A stretch of DNA of 64,000 nt from an uncultured Candidatus Poseidoniales archaeon (GTDB taxonomy: Archaea > Thermoplasmatota > Poseidoniia > Poseidoniales > Thalassarchaeaceae), in NCBI GenBank assembly GCA_964386765.1, contig CAYLUC010000004.1:1799-65798 (forward strand), written 5' to 3'. The notes beneath the pieces are model-generated. The model made no database searches. It saw nothing but the letters and a program-made list of their open reading frames with translations, and was not told the origin of the DNA. The translations under genes were made by a program, and so were the position numbers. Positions 40,001-47,522 of the stretch are shown here, piece after piece. Numbering within the stretch: position 1 is the first letter of the stretch; every line of letters starts with the position of its first letter.

Positions 40001-40463
40001 CCACGTATACGCACACGGGCCTGCCTAGCTGACCGTATTGTCCACCGCCCCAGCAGTACAACTCGTTCGTGTCGGTAATGGCGCAGGCTGCGAACTGCCC
40101 TACGGCGACCTCCCTGAAGCTGATCCCGTTCACTCCAATCACATCGACTGGAACTTCGGAGTAGTTTCCATCCTCCATCTGGCCATTTCCGAGCTGTCCG
40201 GCATCATTCGCCCCCCAGCACGCTAGTGTCCCGTTGTGCCTGACCATGCAGGCCGTACCCCTAGCGTTGGATATCGTGGTATCCGAGAAGATCGAGCCAG
40301 ATGTGAATCCCGGCAAATTCGGGGCCGCGTGCGTCATCGACTTATCAGGAACGTCATCAAGTTCCTGCATCCGCATATCATTTTGGCTAATCGAGGCAGT
40401 CATTCCCAGCATAAGGCAAACTAGGGCCAGCGCAACGTATGGTGTAGCATCCGCACGAGTCAT
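37065..40463 (-). CDS. Giant cell-surface protein: signal peptide + RCC1-repeat beta-propeller + ~13 ephrin-receptor-like Cys-rich repeats + PGF-CTERM-like anchor
   Basis: RCC1 blocks (ACWGANDAGQLGNG, YCWGGGQYGQLG, SCWGHNEFGQVGNG, CWGSDNYGGLGNG). C-terminal ~38-aa repeats C.PG(T/H)YQP..GQ..C..A.PGHY....GS.SQ..C. The C-terminus VPGFAFLPAIVAISFAASRSRRH has a PGF + TM + basic tail. Start chosen at the ATG at 40463, which gives a signal peptide. Confidence 0.7.
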   Translation of the reverse strand: MTRADATPYVALALVCLMLGMTASISQNDMRMQELDDVPDKSMTHAAPNLPGFTSGSIFSDTTISNARGTACMVRHNGTLACWGANDAGQLGNGQMEDGNYSEVPVDVIGVNGISFREVAVGQFAACAITDTNELYCWGGGQYGQLGRPVCVYVGNDYYPCRYAQGKLPAKVHFPGNPNAEVRTIVGSDLSAHFCAIIDDGDVSCWGHNEFGQVGNGDWCSEGVVYSQIPAVGDNCNIYNGITRPQMVEMPENRSAIAVSVGMGTSCAVLDNNSLYCWGRSDTGSMGQGDDYLYKTTLADEMLTGDQTWLNLTDATNFGEEGKAYMYPCPFGGTHWIEWTGKENNTLTGVTTDGFSHGFWAGSDVDFALQLEPKYVPMPNGTGVLAIDSGFSGHTAVLEDGNVAFWGFGNDDERWNSSPTLNPDLGPDVNRSVISFSQGPEHGCAILDSFEAWCGGMNGNGQLGLGNTSYYEDITPVVGAHEFVAIAAGGSWYGDHSRWNSTGWMAEVQSTCAINTTGGVFCWGSDNYGGLGNGGNGFSSFPAEIWVEAGTDGTAMLGDRDPDGDGVLGMLDDLPWGCPAGHYVIDGSCTGVSEAGHYSPEFSESDWECQPGEFQPLAGQGFCIEASPGHYVSGSTATSQESCEPGYYQPDSGQTSCFGADMGHETNVEATAQMMCGTGYYQPLANQSDCLAADPGNYVGSVGSTTQTECAPGTYSANLAASSCSLAFAGHYAPGNGSVAQTPCEPGTYSDELGLSECKVAEPGHYASESGSTSQTPCSMPQFQASQGQSECIDSNPGHYVDTDGAISEEACPAGTYQPSTAQTECMDTNPGHHAPSEGTGDEVPCATGHYQPDFGAIICLSADPGSYVEGEGSASQAECPEGHYQPETGSSSCLEAEPGHYADGMGSEVQRECVPGQYQPDSGQASCIEAEAGHSAEGPGATSETICSPGTYQPEPGRASCIEATGGAFVADEGSLDFEYCEVGTYQPSAGQPACLEAEAGYIVSLIGSLSQYPCEAGTYQPSTAQTECIDAQKGHYVEAEGSSSQTPCEAGTYQHLAKATYCIVAGANHFVPEPGAFFQQPCPSGEAQPEKGQTSCIPEATGDSGGSVPGFAFLPAIVAISFAASRSRRH
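37163..38723 (-). repeat. In-frame ~114-nt tandem coding repeats (about 13 units) encoding the Cys-rich repeats of the giant surface protein
   Basis: Periodic protein repeat translated from this span. It explains the many spurious overlapping ORFs on both strands here. Confidence 0.6.
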
Positions 40464-40519
40464 TGAACCTGCAATGAGAATCAGCCTATCAACATGACCA
40501 CTGCTGAATTGTAGCAGAA

Positions 40520-40627
40520 TCACTGCTTAGCGCGCTTTCTGGCTGCCTTTCGCCTTCGGAGCTTCTTCTTGCGCCACTTCCAGCGCTGCTGTCCTCGCTT
40601 CTTCCATGCGCGAGAACCTCTCTTCAT
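40520..40627 (-). CDS. rpl41e: Ribosomal protein L41e (35 aa), missing from the ORF track
   Basis: Minus-strand translation ATG(40627)...TGA(40520) gives MKRGSRAWKKRGQQRWKWRKKKLRRRKAARKRAKQ. This is the extremely basic RWKWRKKR-type L41e signature. Confidence 0.7.
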   Translation of the reverse strand: MKRGSRAWKKRGQQRWKWRKKKLRRRKAARKRAKQ

Positions 40628-40682
40628 GCGGGCGGCCGACCTGCTGCCCCTATATGAGCGATTCGCGAGGGAGGGGGTTTGG

Positions 40683-40759
40683 TGGTGGGCGATACAGGAT
40701 TCGAACCCGTGTCACCGGCTTAGAAGGCCGGGATGATATCCAGACTACACTAATCGCCC
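40683..40759 (-). tRNA. tRNA-Arg (anticodon UCU), CCA encoded
   Basis: Reverse complement is GGGCGAT TA ...CCGGC CTTCTAA GCCGG ... ACGGG TTCGAAT CCTGT ATCGCCC A CCA. Perfect acceptor and anticodon stems, U33, anticodon TCT, T-loop TTCGAAT. The D-stem has one mismatch. Confidence 0.8.
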
Positions 40760-40844
40760 TGACATCTGCGCCGAGCACCCCCCTCATGAATCCCACACTC
40801 TGCGGATTGTGTAACTCGCGGTTTCCAAGGAGAAATAAATCACC

Positions 40845-41369
40845 CTAGGCGGATGCGAAAGATCTCGCGCACTTGGGGCACCTGTCAGGCCTGGTTACCC
40901 TCCGCCGCTCCCAGGAGTGACCGCAGTTGCCGCAGATCCACTGCCTCTCTGGGAGGCTGGAAAGGACCTCCTCCCTCATGCCCCTCAATACGGGGGACTC
41001 GTTCAGCTTTGGGGACGGTGCCACCGCTTTCACGATTTCAGCGTGGTTCCCGTCGTGTTCCAAGAGTCCCGCTGCATGGAGCAGTTCATGTGCCAGCGTG
41101 TGCTTGAAAAGCTTCTCGTCACCATCCAGGATACTGTTGATCCCTATTGTGATCGGGCCCGGGGACAATCCAAGCCTCCTCCTGCGGTAAAGCTCGTTGT
41201 GGTCGCACTCGAACCTTGTGATTCCCAATCTGCTGTCACCAGCCTCCAGCCATTCGAGGGAGATCCCCCCGTCAAGGCTCTTGATGAATGGGGCATCCCT
41301 GCCATCAAGTGCAAGGACGACTCTCTCAATAAGGCCGTCTGGAATTTCGGGGGCCCCTGGCATCGCCAC
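40845..41369 (-). CDS. SprT-like zinc metalloprotease domain protein with C-terminal zinc ribbon
   Basis: HTLAHELLHAAG (HExxH) and C-terminal CGNCGHSW...CPKCARS. Lies between two tRNA genes. Confidence 0.6.
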   Translation of the reverse strand: MAMPGAPEIPDGLIERVVLALDGRDAPFIKSLDGGISLEWLEAGDSRLGITRFECDHNELYRRRRLGLSPGPITIGINSILDGDEKLFKHTLAHELLHAAGLLEHDGNHAEIVKAVAPSPKLNESPVLRGMREEVLSSLPERQWICGNCGHSWERRRVTRPDRCPKCARSFASA

Positions 41370-41398
41370 TCACTCTTGCTGGCCCCTGCACCCATTCT

Positions 41399-41408
41399 CC
41401 TTAAATGG
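41399..41408 (+). promoter_or_regulatory. Candidate archaeal TATA box for tRNA-Ala
   Basis: CCTTAAATGG centred ~28 nt upstream of the tRNA 5' end (41433). Confidence 0.3.
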
Positions 41409-41432
41409 GCCTCGATAGTCGCGCTTTCTATT

Positions 41433-41509
41433 GGGCGTGTGGCGCAGCTTGGAAGCGCGCTTCCTTGGCATGGAAGAGGCCCCGAGTTCAAATCTCGGCA
41501 CGTCCACCA
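41433..41509 (+). tRNA. tRNA-Ala (anticodon GGC), CCA encoded
   Basis: GGGCGTG TG GCGC AGCTTGGAA GCGC G CTTCC TTGGCAT GGAAG AGGCC CCGAG TTCAAAT CTCGG CACGTCC A CCA. All stems pair. G3:U70 wobble in the acceptor stem is the Ala identity element. Confidence 0.9.
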
Positions 41510-41567
41510 TACACCTACGACACCCTCTGAGGTGCAGAAAGTAAACTATTTTCAAAGTTAATTGTTA

Positions 41568-41587
41568 GCAAAAAAGCCTATTTTACC
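41568..41587 (+). promoter_or_regulatory. Candidate BRE/TATA promoter for the peptide-transporter operon
   Basis: Purine-rich CAAAAAAG followed by CCTATTTTAC, ~50 nt upstream of the oppA-like ATG. This is the only AT-rich stretch in the intergenic region. Confidence 0.3.
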
Positions 41588-41633
41588 AATATTCTGAGAG
41601 ATACTAAATACTCAACACGACCACGCACGAGGT

Positions 41634-43682
41634 ATGAAGTCCAGGCTAAACGCTTTACTTCTTGTTACGCTGATGATTGCGTCAGTCGCCGCCGGTTGCC
41701 TCGGCGGAGACGACGATGTGGAGGGTTGCATGGATGAAATTGCAACTAACTTCGACGCTGATGCGACCGTCGACGACGGTTCGTGTGAGTTCGCCGACTC
41801 GGACGGCGACGGCGTGTTTGACCACCTTGAGGCGGCTGGTTGCATGGACATGGAAGCTACAAACTACGACTCGGCAGCTACTGACGACGACGGCTCCTGC
41901 GCCTACGACCAAGCTTACTACATGAGCAAGTACGGCTCCGGCGATATGTCGATGGCCGACGCCATGGCGGCTCTAGAGGATCTCCGAGAGTGCAAAGAGG
42001 ACGATTTGTCCGGTGTTGCATCCGCTTGCGAGATCGTTGCAATGACCTCTGACGTCGACCCACCAATGATGGACCCCGCAGACGCGTATGACACGTCGTC
42101 CGGAGCAGTCATTGAGAACGTCTACGACACTCTGTACAGGTACGAGCCAGGAGCAGACGGAGCACCCGTCCTAGTTCCAAGGCTCGCCACTGGCTACACC
42201 ATTAGCGACGACGGTCTGACATACACCTTCACCCTACGTGAGGGAGTCTTCTTCTCGAACGGAGCAACGTTCGACGCTGAGGACGTTCGGTACTCATGGT
42301 GCCGAGTTATAGAGTATGGAAGCCCAGACTCCGGTGTTGCATGGATCATGTACGAGACCATGTCATCCTGCGATGGACTAGTCGTCAACGACGACGGTAC
42401 CTTCTCCGCGACTCTGGATGTTGCCTACTCGGCATTCATCCCGACCATCGCATTCTGGATTGGAGCCGTTACTGACGCAGAGACCTGCGAGGCCAACAGA
42501 ATCGTAACCGAGGACGACCCAGCAACCGCTGACGTCGACGAGAGTTCCGATGACCACTGCAACGCGTTCCTGCACTCGAACCCGCTAGGAACCAACGCAT
42601 ACGTCCTGAACAGCTACGTCGAGGAGACCGAGCTCGTGCTCACTCCTAACTGGCTATACTGGGAAGACGGCGGATTCAACCTGAACAAGATCACCAGATC
42701 TGAGGTCGCTGAGGAGGCTACTCGCGTAGCCGCCCTAAAGGACGGAGAGGTCGACTTCGCTTCGGTCCCAAGCGGGAACCTAGCAGAGGTCTGCCTGAAC
42801 ACAGAGAACCCAACCGCAATCACCGGAGACCCAGACCAGGGCACCGACTGCGGACCAGAGGCTTCTCTGACTGTTGCTCTAGGAATCATGAACACCAACC
42901 CGACCATCGAGGGAGCTGACGGAGACGTCGCTCACAACGAGTTCATGGCCGATGGAGAGGTCCGAAAGGCACTGTCGTACATCTATGACTACGACACAGC
43001 CATCTCCGACATCTACGACGGATTCGCGATCCCCCTACACGGACCAGTCCCACTAGGGATGCCATTCGTGGAGACCCAGGACGCGACTTTCAGCTACGAC
43101 CTAGACATGGCTAGATCCATTCTAGACGCTGCTGGATACACCTGCGTGGACGCTGACGGAAACCAGGACACTGACGACTGCGTCAGGTTCGGTGGAAACG
43201 AGATCCGCCTGTTCTACAACGACGGAAACGTCAACAGGGAGGCTAACGCCAACCTGATGGCACAGAACCTTGACCTCGTCGGAATCGCCAACACAGTTAC
43301 TGGCGAGCCATGGGGCAACATGCTGGACAGGATGTTCGGAACCGCCAACTGGGACTTCATGTTCCTTGGCTGGGCTCCTGACTACAACGACCCAGACAAC
43401 TACTGGTTCCCGTTCGTTGCTAGCGCAGCAGAGCACGGAGACGTGTACAACACTCAGTACGCAAACGCTGACATCGACGCACTACTACTAGAGGCCAAGA
43501 CCGAGACAGACTACGATGCTCGCGCTGCCCTCTACGCAGAGGCGCACGATCTCTTCATGGAGGAGCCTTCGCTCATCTTCATGGCGCAGTACCTGAGCTA
43601 CCACGTCCACTCGGACAGGGTTTCGATGCCCAGTGAAGTTCCACCAGCAACCATACCATGGTTCAACGTGGACAAGAGTTAG
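41634..43682 (+). CDS. Peptide/nickel ABC transporter substrate-binding lipoprotein (SBP family 5, OppA/DppA-like) with N-terminal Cys-bracketed repeat modules
   Basis: Lipobox VAAGCLGG. Two EGCMDEIATNFDADATVDDGSCEF-type repeats plus DSDGDGVFD. Then SBP_bac_5-like core (LVPRLATGYTISDDGLTYTFTLREGVFFSNGATFDAEDVRYSW). Confidence 0.75.
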   Translation: MKSRLNALLLVTLMIASVAAGCLGGDDDVEGCMDEIATNFDADATVDDGSCEFADSDGDGVFDHLEAAGCMDMEATNYDSAATDDDGSCAYDQAYYMSKYGSGDMSMADAMAALEDLRECKEDDLSGVASACEIVAMTSDVDPPMMDPADAYDTSSGAVIENVYDTLYRYEPGADGAPVLVPRLATGYTISDDGLTYTFTLREGVFFSNGATFDAEDVRYSWCRVIEYGSPDSGVAWIMYETMSSCDGLVVNDDGTFSATLDVAYSAFIPTIAFWIGAVTDAETCEANRIVTEDDPATADVDESSDDHCNAFLHSNPLGTNAYVLNSYVEETELVLTPNWLYWEDGGFNLNKITRSEVAEEATRVAALKDGEVDFASVPSGNLAEVCLNTENPTAITGDPDQGTDCGPEASLTVALGIMNTNPTIEGADGDVAHNEFMADGEVRKALSYIYDYDTAISDIYDGFAIPLHGPVPLGMPFVETQDATFSYDLDMARSILDAAGYTCVDADGNQDTDDCVRFGGNEIRLFYNDGNVNREANANLMAQNLDLVGIANTVTGEPWGNMLDRMFGTANWDFMFLGWAPDYNDPDNYWFPFVASAAEHGDVYNTQYANADIDALLLEAKTETDYDARAALYAEAHDLFMEEPSLIFMAQYLSYHVHSDRVSMPSEVPPATIPWFNVDKS

Positions 43683-43717
43683 ATCGAGCAATAGTATCGC
43701 TTGATTCGTAAGGCCGG

Positions 43718-43742
43718 CGGCGGCGGTCCCAGACCGCTGCCG
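43718..43742 (+). terminator. GC-rich hairpin between the SBP and permease genes (candidate intercistronic attenuator)
   Basis: CGGCGGCGGTC-CCA-GACCGCTGCCG, a 10/11-bp stem. No oligo-T tract follows, so its function is uncertain. Confidence 0.3.
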
Positions 43743-43793
43743 TCGCGCCCAAAACACTACAGGGGTTCAGTCAGCCCCAGAGGGGGGGCTTAG

Positions 43794-45218
43794 ATGGAAC
43801 TGTGGGAATACATTGTCAGGAGGTTGGTCCTCCTAGTTCCCGTATTGATAGGCGTCTCCCTTCTAACATTCACAATTTCCCACCTCGTCCCATCTGACCC
43901 GGCCAGGGCTTACTGCGGGCTGAAGTGCCCGGACGACACCCTGGCGGATCTGAAGTACCAGATGCACTTCACGGACGAGGATGGCAACGACATCCCGATC
44001 ATGGACCAGTACTTCCACTACATGGGGTTCTACGACTCCGACGGAGACGGGAGCATATGGTTCGATGAGGATGTCAATGACAACGTGGCCTTCGTGGACT
44101 CCTCCTTCAACTCGCTCGAGTACAATAGTGGAGGCCTTATAGATGGCAATTGGGGTTTCTCTCTCTCCTACAAGAAACCCGTTGTGGACGTTCTCGAACA
44201 GGCCGTCCCCGTAACTCTGGAGATGTCCTTCGGGGCCATACTCTTCGGGGCCCCCCTGGGCATCTTACTGGGTGCATTGAGTGCTGTATACCAGGATCGC
44301 CCTATCGACCACATAAGCAGGTTCGTGGCAATCGCATTCGTCAGCCTGCCGATTTTCTGGCTGGCACTGATGTTCCAGTACCTCTTCGCCACACAGTTCG
44401 GCATATGCGATCCACTGTTTGGGACGGAGGGCGGCTGTCTGCCGCTATTCGGGAGGAAACCTCCCGGGTCAGAGTTCCCCAATCAGGGGGGTGTGTTCGA
44501 CATTGGCAATTTGGGCCTATCATTACTCATGGCAATAGTGGCGTCCGTGGCCGCATATGACATGAAGGTAGACGGCAGGCTTGGGAACTTGAAGAGTCCC
44601 GAGACTACCCGCGACAAGGCGACAGTGGGCATAATTGGCGTATTCCTCACTCTTTCCGTATTCTTTCTGCTAAATCCAACGGACATGGGCCCAGTGGTAA
44701 TCGCGTCCCACGACTCGACCGGGCTTTACACAATCGACTCGCTCCTAGCTGAAACCGGGGACCTTCCTGAGGGCAAGACCAGATTGGCCCTTTTCTGGCA
44801 GTCTCTGAAGTACCTCACACTACCTGTGGTTTGCCTCTCTCTGGGAACCGCTGGTGGCCTACTGAGGTACATGCGCTCAAGCCTCCTGGAGGTCCTCAAT
44901 GAGGACTACGTGAGGACTGCTAGGGCGAAGGGCCTCAATGAGCGCACAGTCATCATCAAGCACGCTTGCAGGAACGCATTGATCCCCATAGTGACAATCC
45001 TCGGATTCATGCTTGGGGGGGTCCTCGGGGGTGCGGTACTAACTGAGACGATTTTCGCCTTACCTGGTATGGGGATGGCTGCGATAAGGGCCATCCTGCT
45101 CACAGACTTCGCCGTGATAATGGGAGTTACCATGGTCACCTCAGTGATTTTCCTTCTCTCGAACCTCGTCGTCGATATCGCTTATGCTTGGGTCGATCCC
45201 AGGGTCAGGTTGGGATGA
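43794..45218 (+). CDS. Peptide ABC transporter permease (OppB/DppB-like) with enlarged extracytoplasmic loop
   Basis: BPD_transp_1-type core with conserved ...TARAKGL... loop motif. An extra ~90-aa acidic loop includes DSDGDGSIWFDEDVNDN. Confidence 0.75.
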   Translation: MELWEYIVRRLVLLVPVLIGVSLLTFTISHLVPSDPARAYCGLKCPDDTLADLKYQMHFTDEDGNDIPIMDQYFHYMGFYDSDGDGSIWFDEDVNDNVAFVDSSFNSLEYNSGGLIDGNWGFSLSYKKPVVDVLEQAVPVTLEMSFGAILFGAPLGILLGALSAVYQDRPIDHISRFVAIAFVSLPIFWLALMFQYLFATQFGICDPLFGTEGGCLPLFGRKPPGSEFPNQGGVFDIGNLGLSLLMAIVASVAAYDMKVDGRLGNLKSPETTRDKATVGIIGVFLTLSVFFLLNPTDMGPVVIASHDSTGLYTIDSLLAETGDLPEGKTRLALFWQSLKYLTLPVVCLSLGTAGGLLRYMRSSLLEVLNEDYVRTARAKGLNERTVIIKHACRNALIPIVTILGFMLGGVLGGAVLTETIFALPGMGMAAIRAILLTDFAVIMGVTMVTSVIFLLSNLVVDIAYAWVDPRVRLG

Positions 45219-45221
45219 TCC

Positions 45222-47522
45222 ATGGCTTCTAGGGACCTAAAGATAGTTCTGGCCATATTGGCCTTTATTGCTGGAACCATCTTACTCGACATCCTTGTGG
45301 GATCCCCTGGATTCTCATTGCGCTCACTATTGTGGCTCCTACTGTACTTCTTCGCCTTCTCGTCAGCTGCATTCGCCATCTTCGTACCGATCTACCTATT
45401 TGTTCAGGCAGTAAGGGAATTAACCCTCCGAGACTTACTGAAGATCCTCGTCACCTTAGCCGCTGTAATCGCACTATATCATTTCAGAAAGGGGATGGCG
45501 CTAACCCTGACAACTATTCTGATTCTATCACTGGTCATCCCGGAGAGGGCAAGGATTGCCGAGAGGGTATGGGGGGCTCTTACCCCCTCAATCCCCAGGT
45601 ACGACGAACTCTCGGTTAGGTTCTCTAGCTCGGCCCAGACACTCAAGGACAGCTGGAGGGGCTTCAGGAGGAGCGCACTCTCCATAATCGGACTTCTGAT
45701 GGTGGTCCTAGTGATCGACTTCTCCCTCTATGCCGACTCCATCGCACAGCAGGAACAGGAGTCCAGCATAACGGGCCAGGAGGTATGGCCCATCTACAGG
45801 GATGATCCAGAGACAGGGGAGACATTGAATCTGTACACATTCAAGAAACTCCCCCCATTCAGTGGCCCCAAGGAGGACACTGTAACCTCCAGCCCCTCAG
45901 ATGCCGATCAGAAACTACAACTCGACGTCCAGACGGCGAATGGCGATCAGGACAATGACGGCGACTTCGTCCTAAATCTACTGGACCAAGATGACGACAA
46001 TGATGGCATTATCGACTTCGCCGACCAGTCCCCCTCGGACTTCGATAATGACTGGAACTCAACATGTGACGAGGAATCCTGGTTTGACAACACGTCTGGA
46101 ATGTTCTGCGGTCCAGACTACCTCGATCTCGATGATGACTCAGACGGGCTCCTTGACTATGATGAAGTCTCGGACAACAACCCCCTTACAGACATCTATG
46201 ATCATGATAACGACGGCATACAGGACGGGCTAACAAACAGGGCGGGGACCACTGTCAGCCTGAGGGTCCACCACGATGCAGGTTGGGACCAGTCGAACCT
46301 GGTGATGGTCATCGAGTCGGTGAAGCCGTTCGACGATCAATCGTCAGGATGGGGGTGCCAAGGATGCATAGATGGTGAATTGGTTGCATCTCATGGAATG
46401 TTTTCAATTGACGAAGAATCCGGTCAATGGAGCTATGTCTTCGCATCCCCCTTCGAATATCCTGAAGCCCACCCGGGCCCGTGGGACGAAAGCATCCTAG
46501 TCACCAATTCTGAATCTACCGAGTTCAACCTGGACCTATCAATATCTGAGATGTCAGAGGCACCATCGTTTTCCGCTTTGCCCGCATCCCCCTCGCCCTT
46601 CGAGGATGACGAGTGGTATTCAGTGAAAATCCCTGCCAACGCAACACTTAGCGCATTCCTCAATGTAGAGTCCGGTTCAGATTACAATCTCTATCTGTAT
46701 GATGAGGAAGGGGTTCTCGCCGATGCTGGAATCAATGACAATGGATGTCCAGACTTCTACAAATATGACTTCTGGTTCTTTCCCGAGGAATACCAATTGT
46801 GCCCGATGGGAACCACTCACACCGGTAGCGACATGATGAGTAAGATCCTCTATGGGTCAAGGAAGTCCCTCAGGGTCGGCTTCACAGTCGCACTCACCAC
46901 CTGTTTCCTAGGTCTGGTCATTGGGGGCATTAGCGGATACTTTGGAGGAAGGGTCGATGAGATCATTATGAGGATAGCCGATATTTTCTTCGCAGTACCG
47001 GGGCTGATTCTGGCAATGGCCGTGGTGACGGCCATGAATGACATAAACGACCTGGGTGCAATCGGATTTGAGGAGGTCAAGTTAGATAGGTTAGAGAAGA
47101 TTATGATAGCACTAGTTTTCACTGGCTGGCCAGGGTATTCTAGACTAATCAGGGGCCAGGTCCTCTCAGTGAAGGAACATACCTACATTGAAGCCGCCAA
47201 GAGTGTCGGTGCTAGTGACTTCAGAGTTCTATTCAGGCACGTCCTCCCCAATGCTTGGGCCCCAATGATCGTCGCAGTTTCACTGGATGTGGGTGGAACA
47301 ATCCTCACAGCATCCGGGCTTTCCTTCATTGGTTTGGGCGCAGAGGCCAACTCGGCCGAATGGGGGAAGATGATATCCGATGGCAGGTCTTTCTTCCCGA
47401 CACACTGGTGGATGGTAACATTCCCCGGTCTGGCCATCTTAACCACCACTCTCGGATTCAACTTGCTTGGCGATGGTCTGAGGGACGTCATGGATCCAAG
47501 GCAAAGGAGGTCAAAGTCATGA
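45222..47522 (+). CDS. Peptide ABC transporter permease (OppC/DppC-like) fused to a ~500-aa acidic N-terminal extracytoplasmic domain
   Basis: The C-terminal 270 aa form a typical OppC core (...LRVGFTVALTTCFLGLVIGGISGYFGG...). The N-terminal domain carries DQDNDGDFVLNLLDQDDDNDGIIDFADQ thrombospondin-type-3-like motifs. Confidence 0.7.
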   Translation: MASRDLKIVLAILAFIAGTILLDILVGSPGFSLRSLLWLLLYFFAFSSAAFAIFVPIYLFVQAVRELTLRDLLKILVTLAAVIALYHFRKGMALTLTTILILSLVIPERARIAERVWGALTPSIPRYDELSVRFSSSAQTLKDSWRGFRRSALSIIGLLMVVLVIDFSLYADSIAQQEQESSITGQEVWPIYRDDPETGETLNLYTFKKLPPFSGPKEDTVTSSPSDADQKLQLDVQTANGDQDNDGDFVLNLLDQDDDNDGIIDFADQSPSDFDNDWNSTCDEESWFDNTSGMFCGPDYLDLDDDSDGLLDYDEVSDNNPLTDIYDHDNDGIQDGLTNRAGTTVSLRVHHDAGWDQSNLVMVIESVKPFDDQSSGWGCQGCIDGELVASHGMFSIDEESGQWSYVFASPFEYPEAHPGPWDESILVTNSESTEFNLDLSISEMSEAPSFSALPASPSPFEDDEWYSVKIPANATLSAFLNVESGSDYNLYLYDEEGVLADAGINDNGCPDFYKYDFWFFPEEYQLCPMGTTHTGSDMMSKILYGSRKSLRVGFTVALTTCFLGLVIGGISGYFGGRVDEIIMRIADIFFAVPGLILAMAVVTAMNDINDLGAIGFEEVKLDRLEKIMIALVFTGWPGYSRLIRGQVLSVKEHTYIEAAKSVGASDFRVLFRHVLPNAWAPMIVAVSLDVGGTILTASGLSFIGLGAEANSAEWGKMISDGRSFFPTHWWMVTFPGLAILTTTLGFNLLGDGLRDVMDPRQRRSKS

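Noticed and set aside
40606-40848. Plus-strand 80-aa ORF spanning the L41e / tRNA-Arg region
   Set aside because: It runs antisense to a tRNA gene and to the L41e gene and has no protein-like features.
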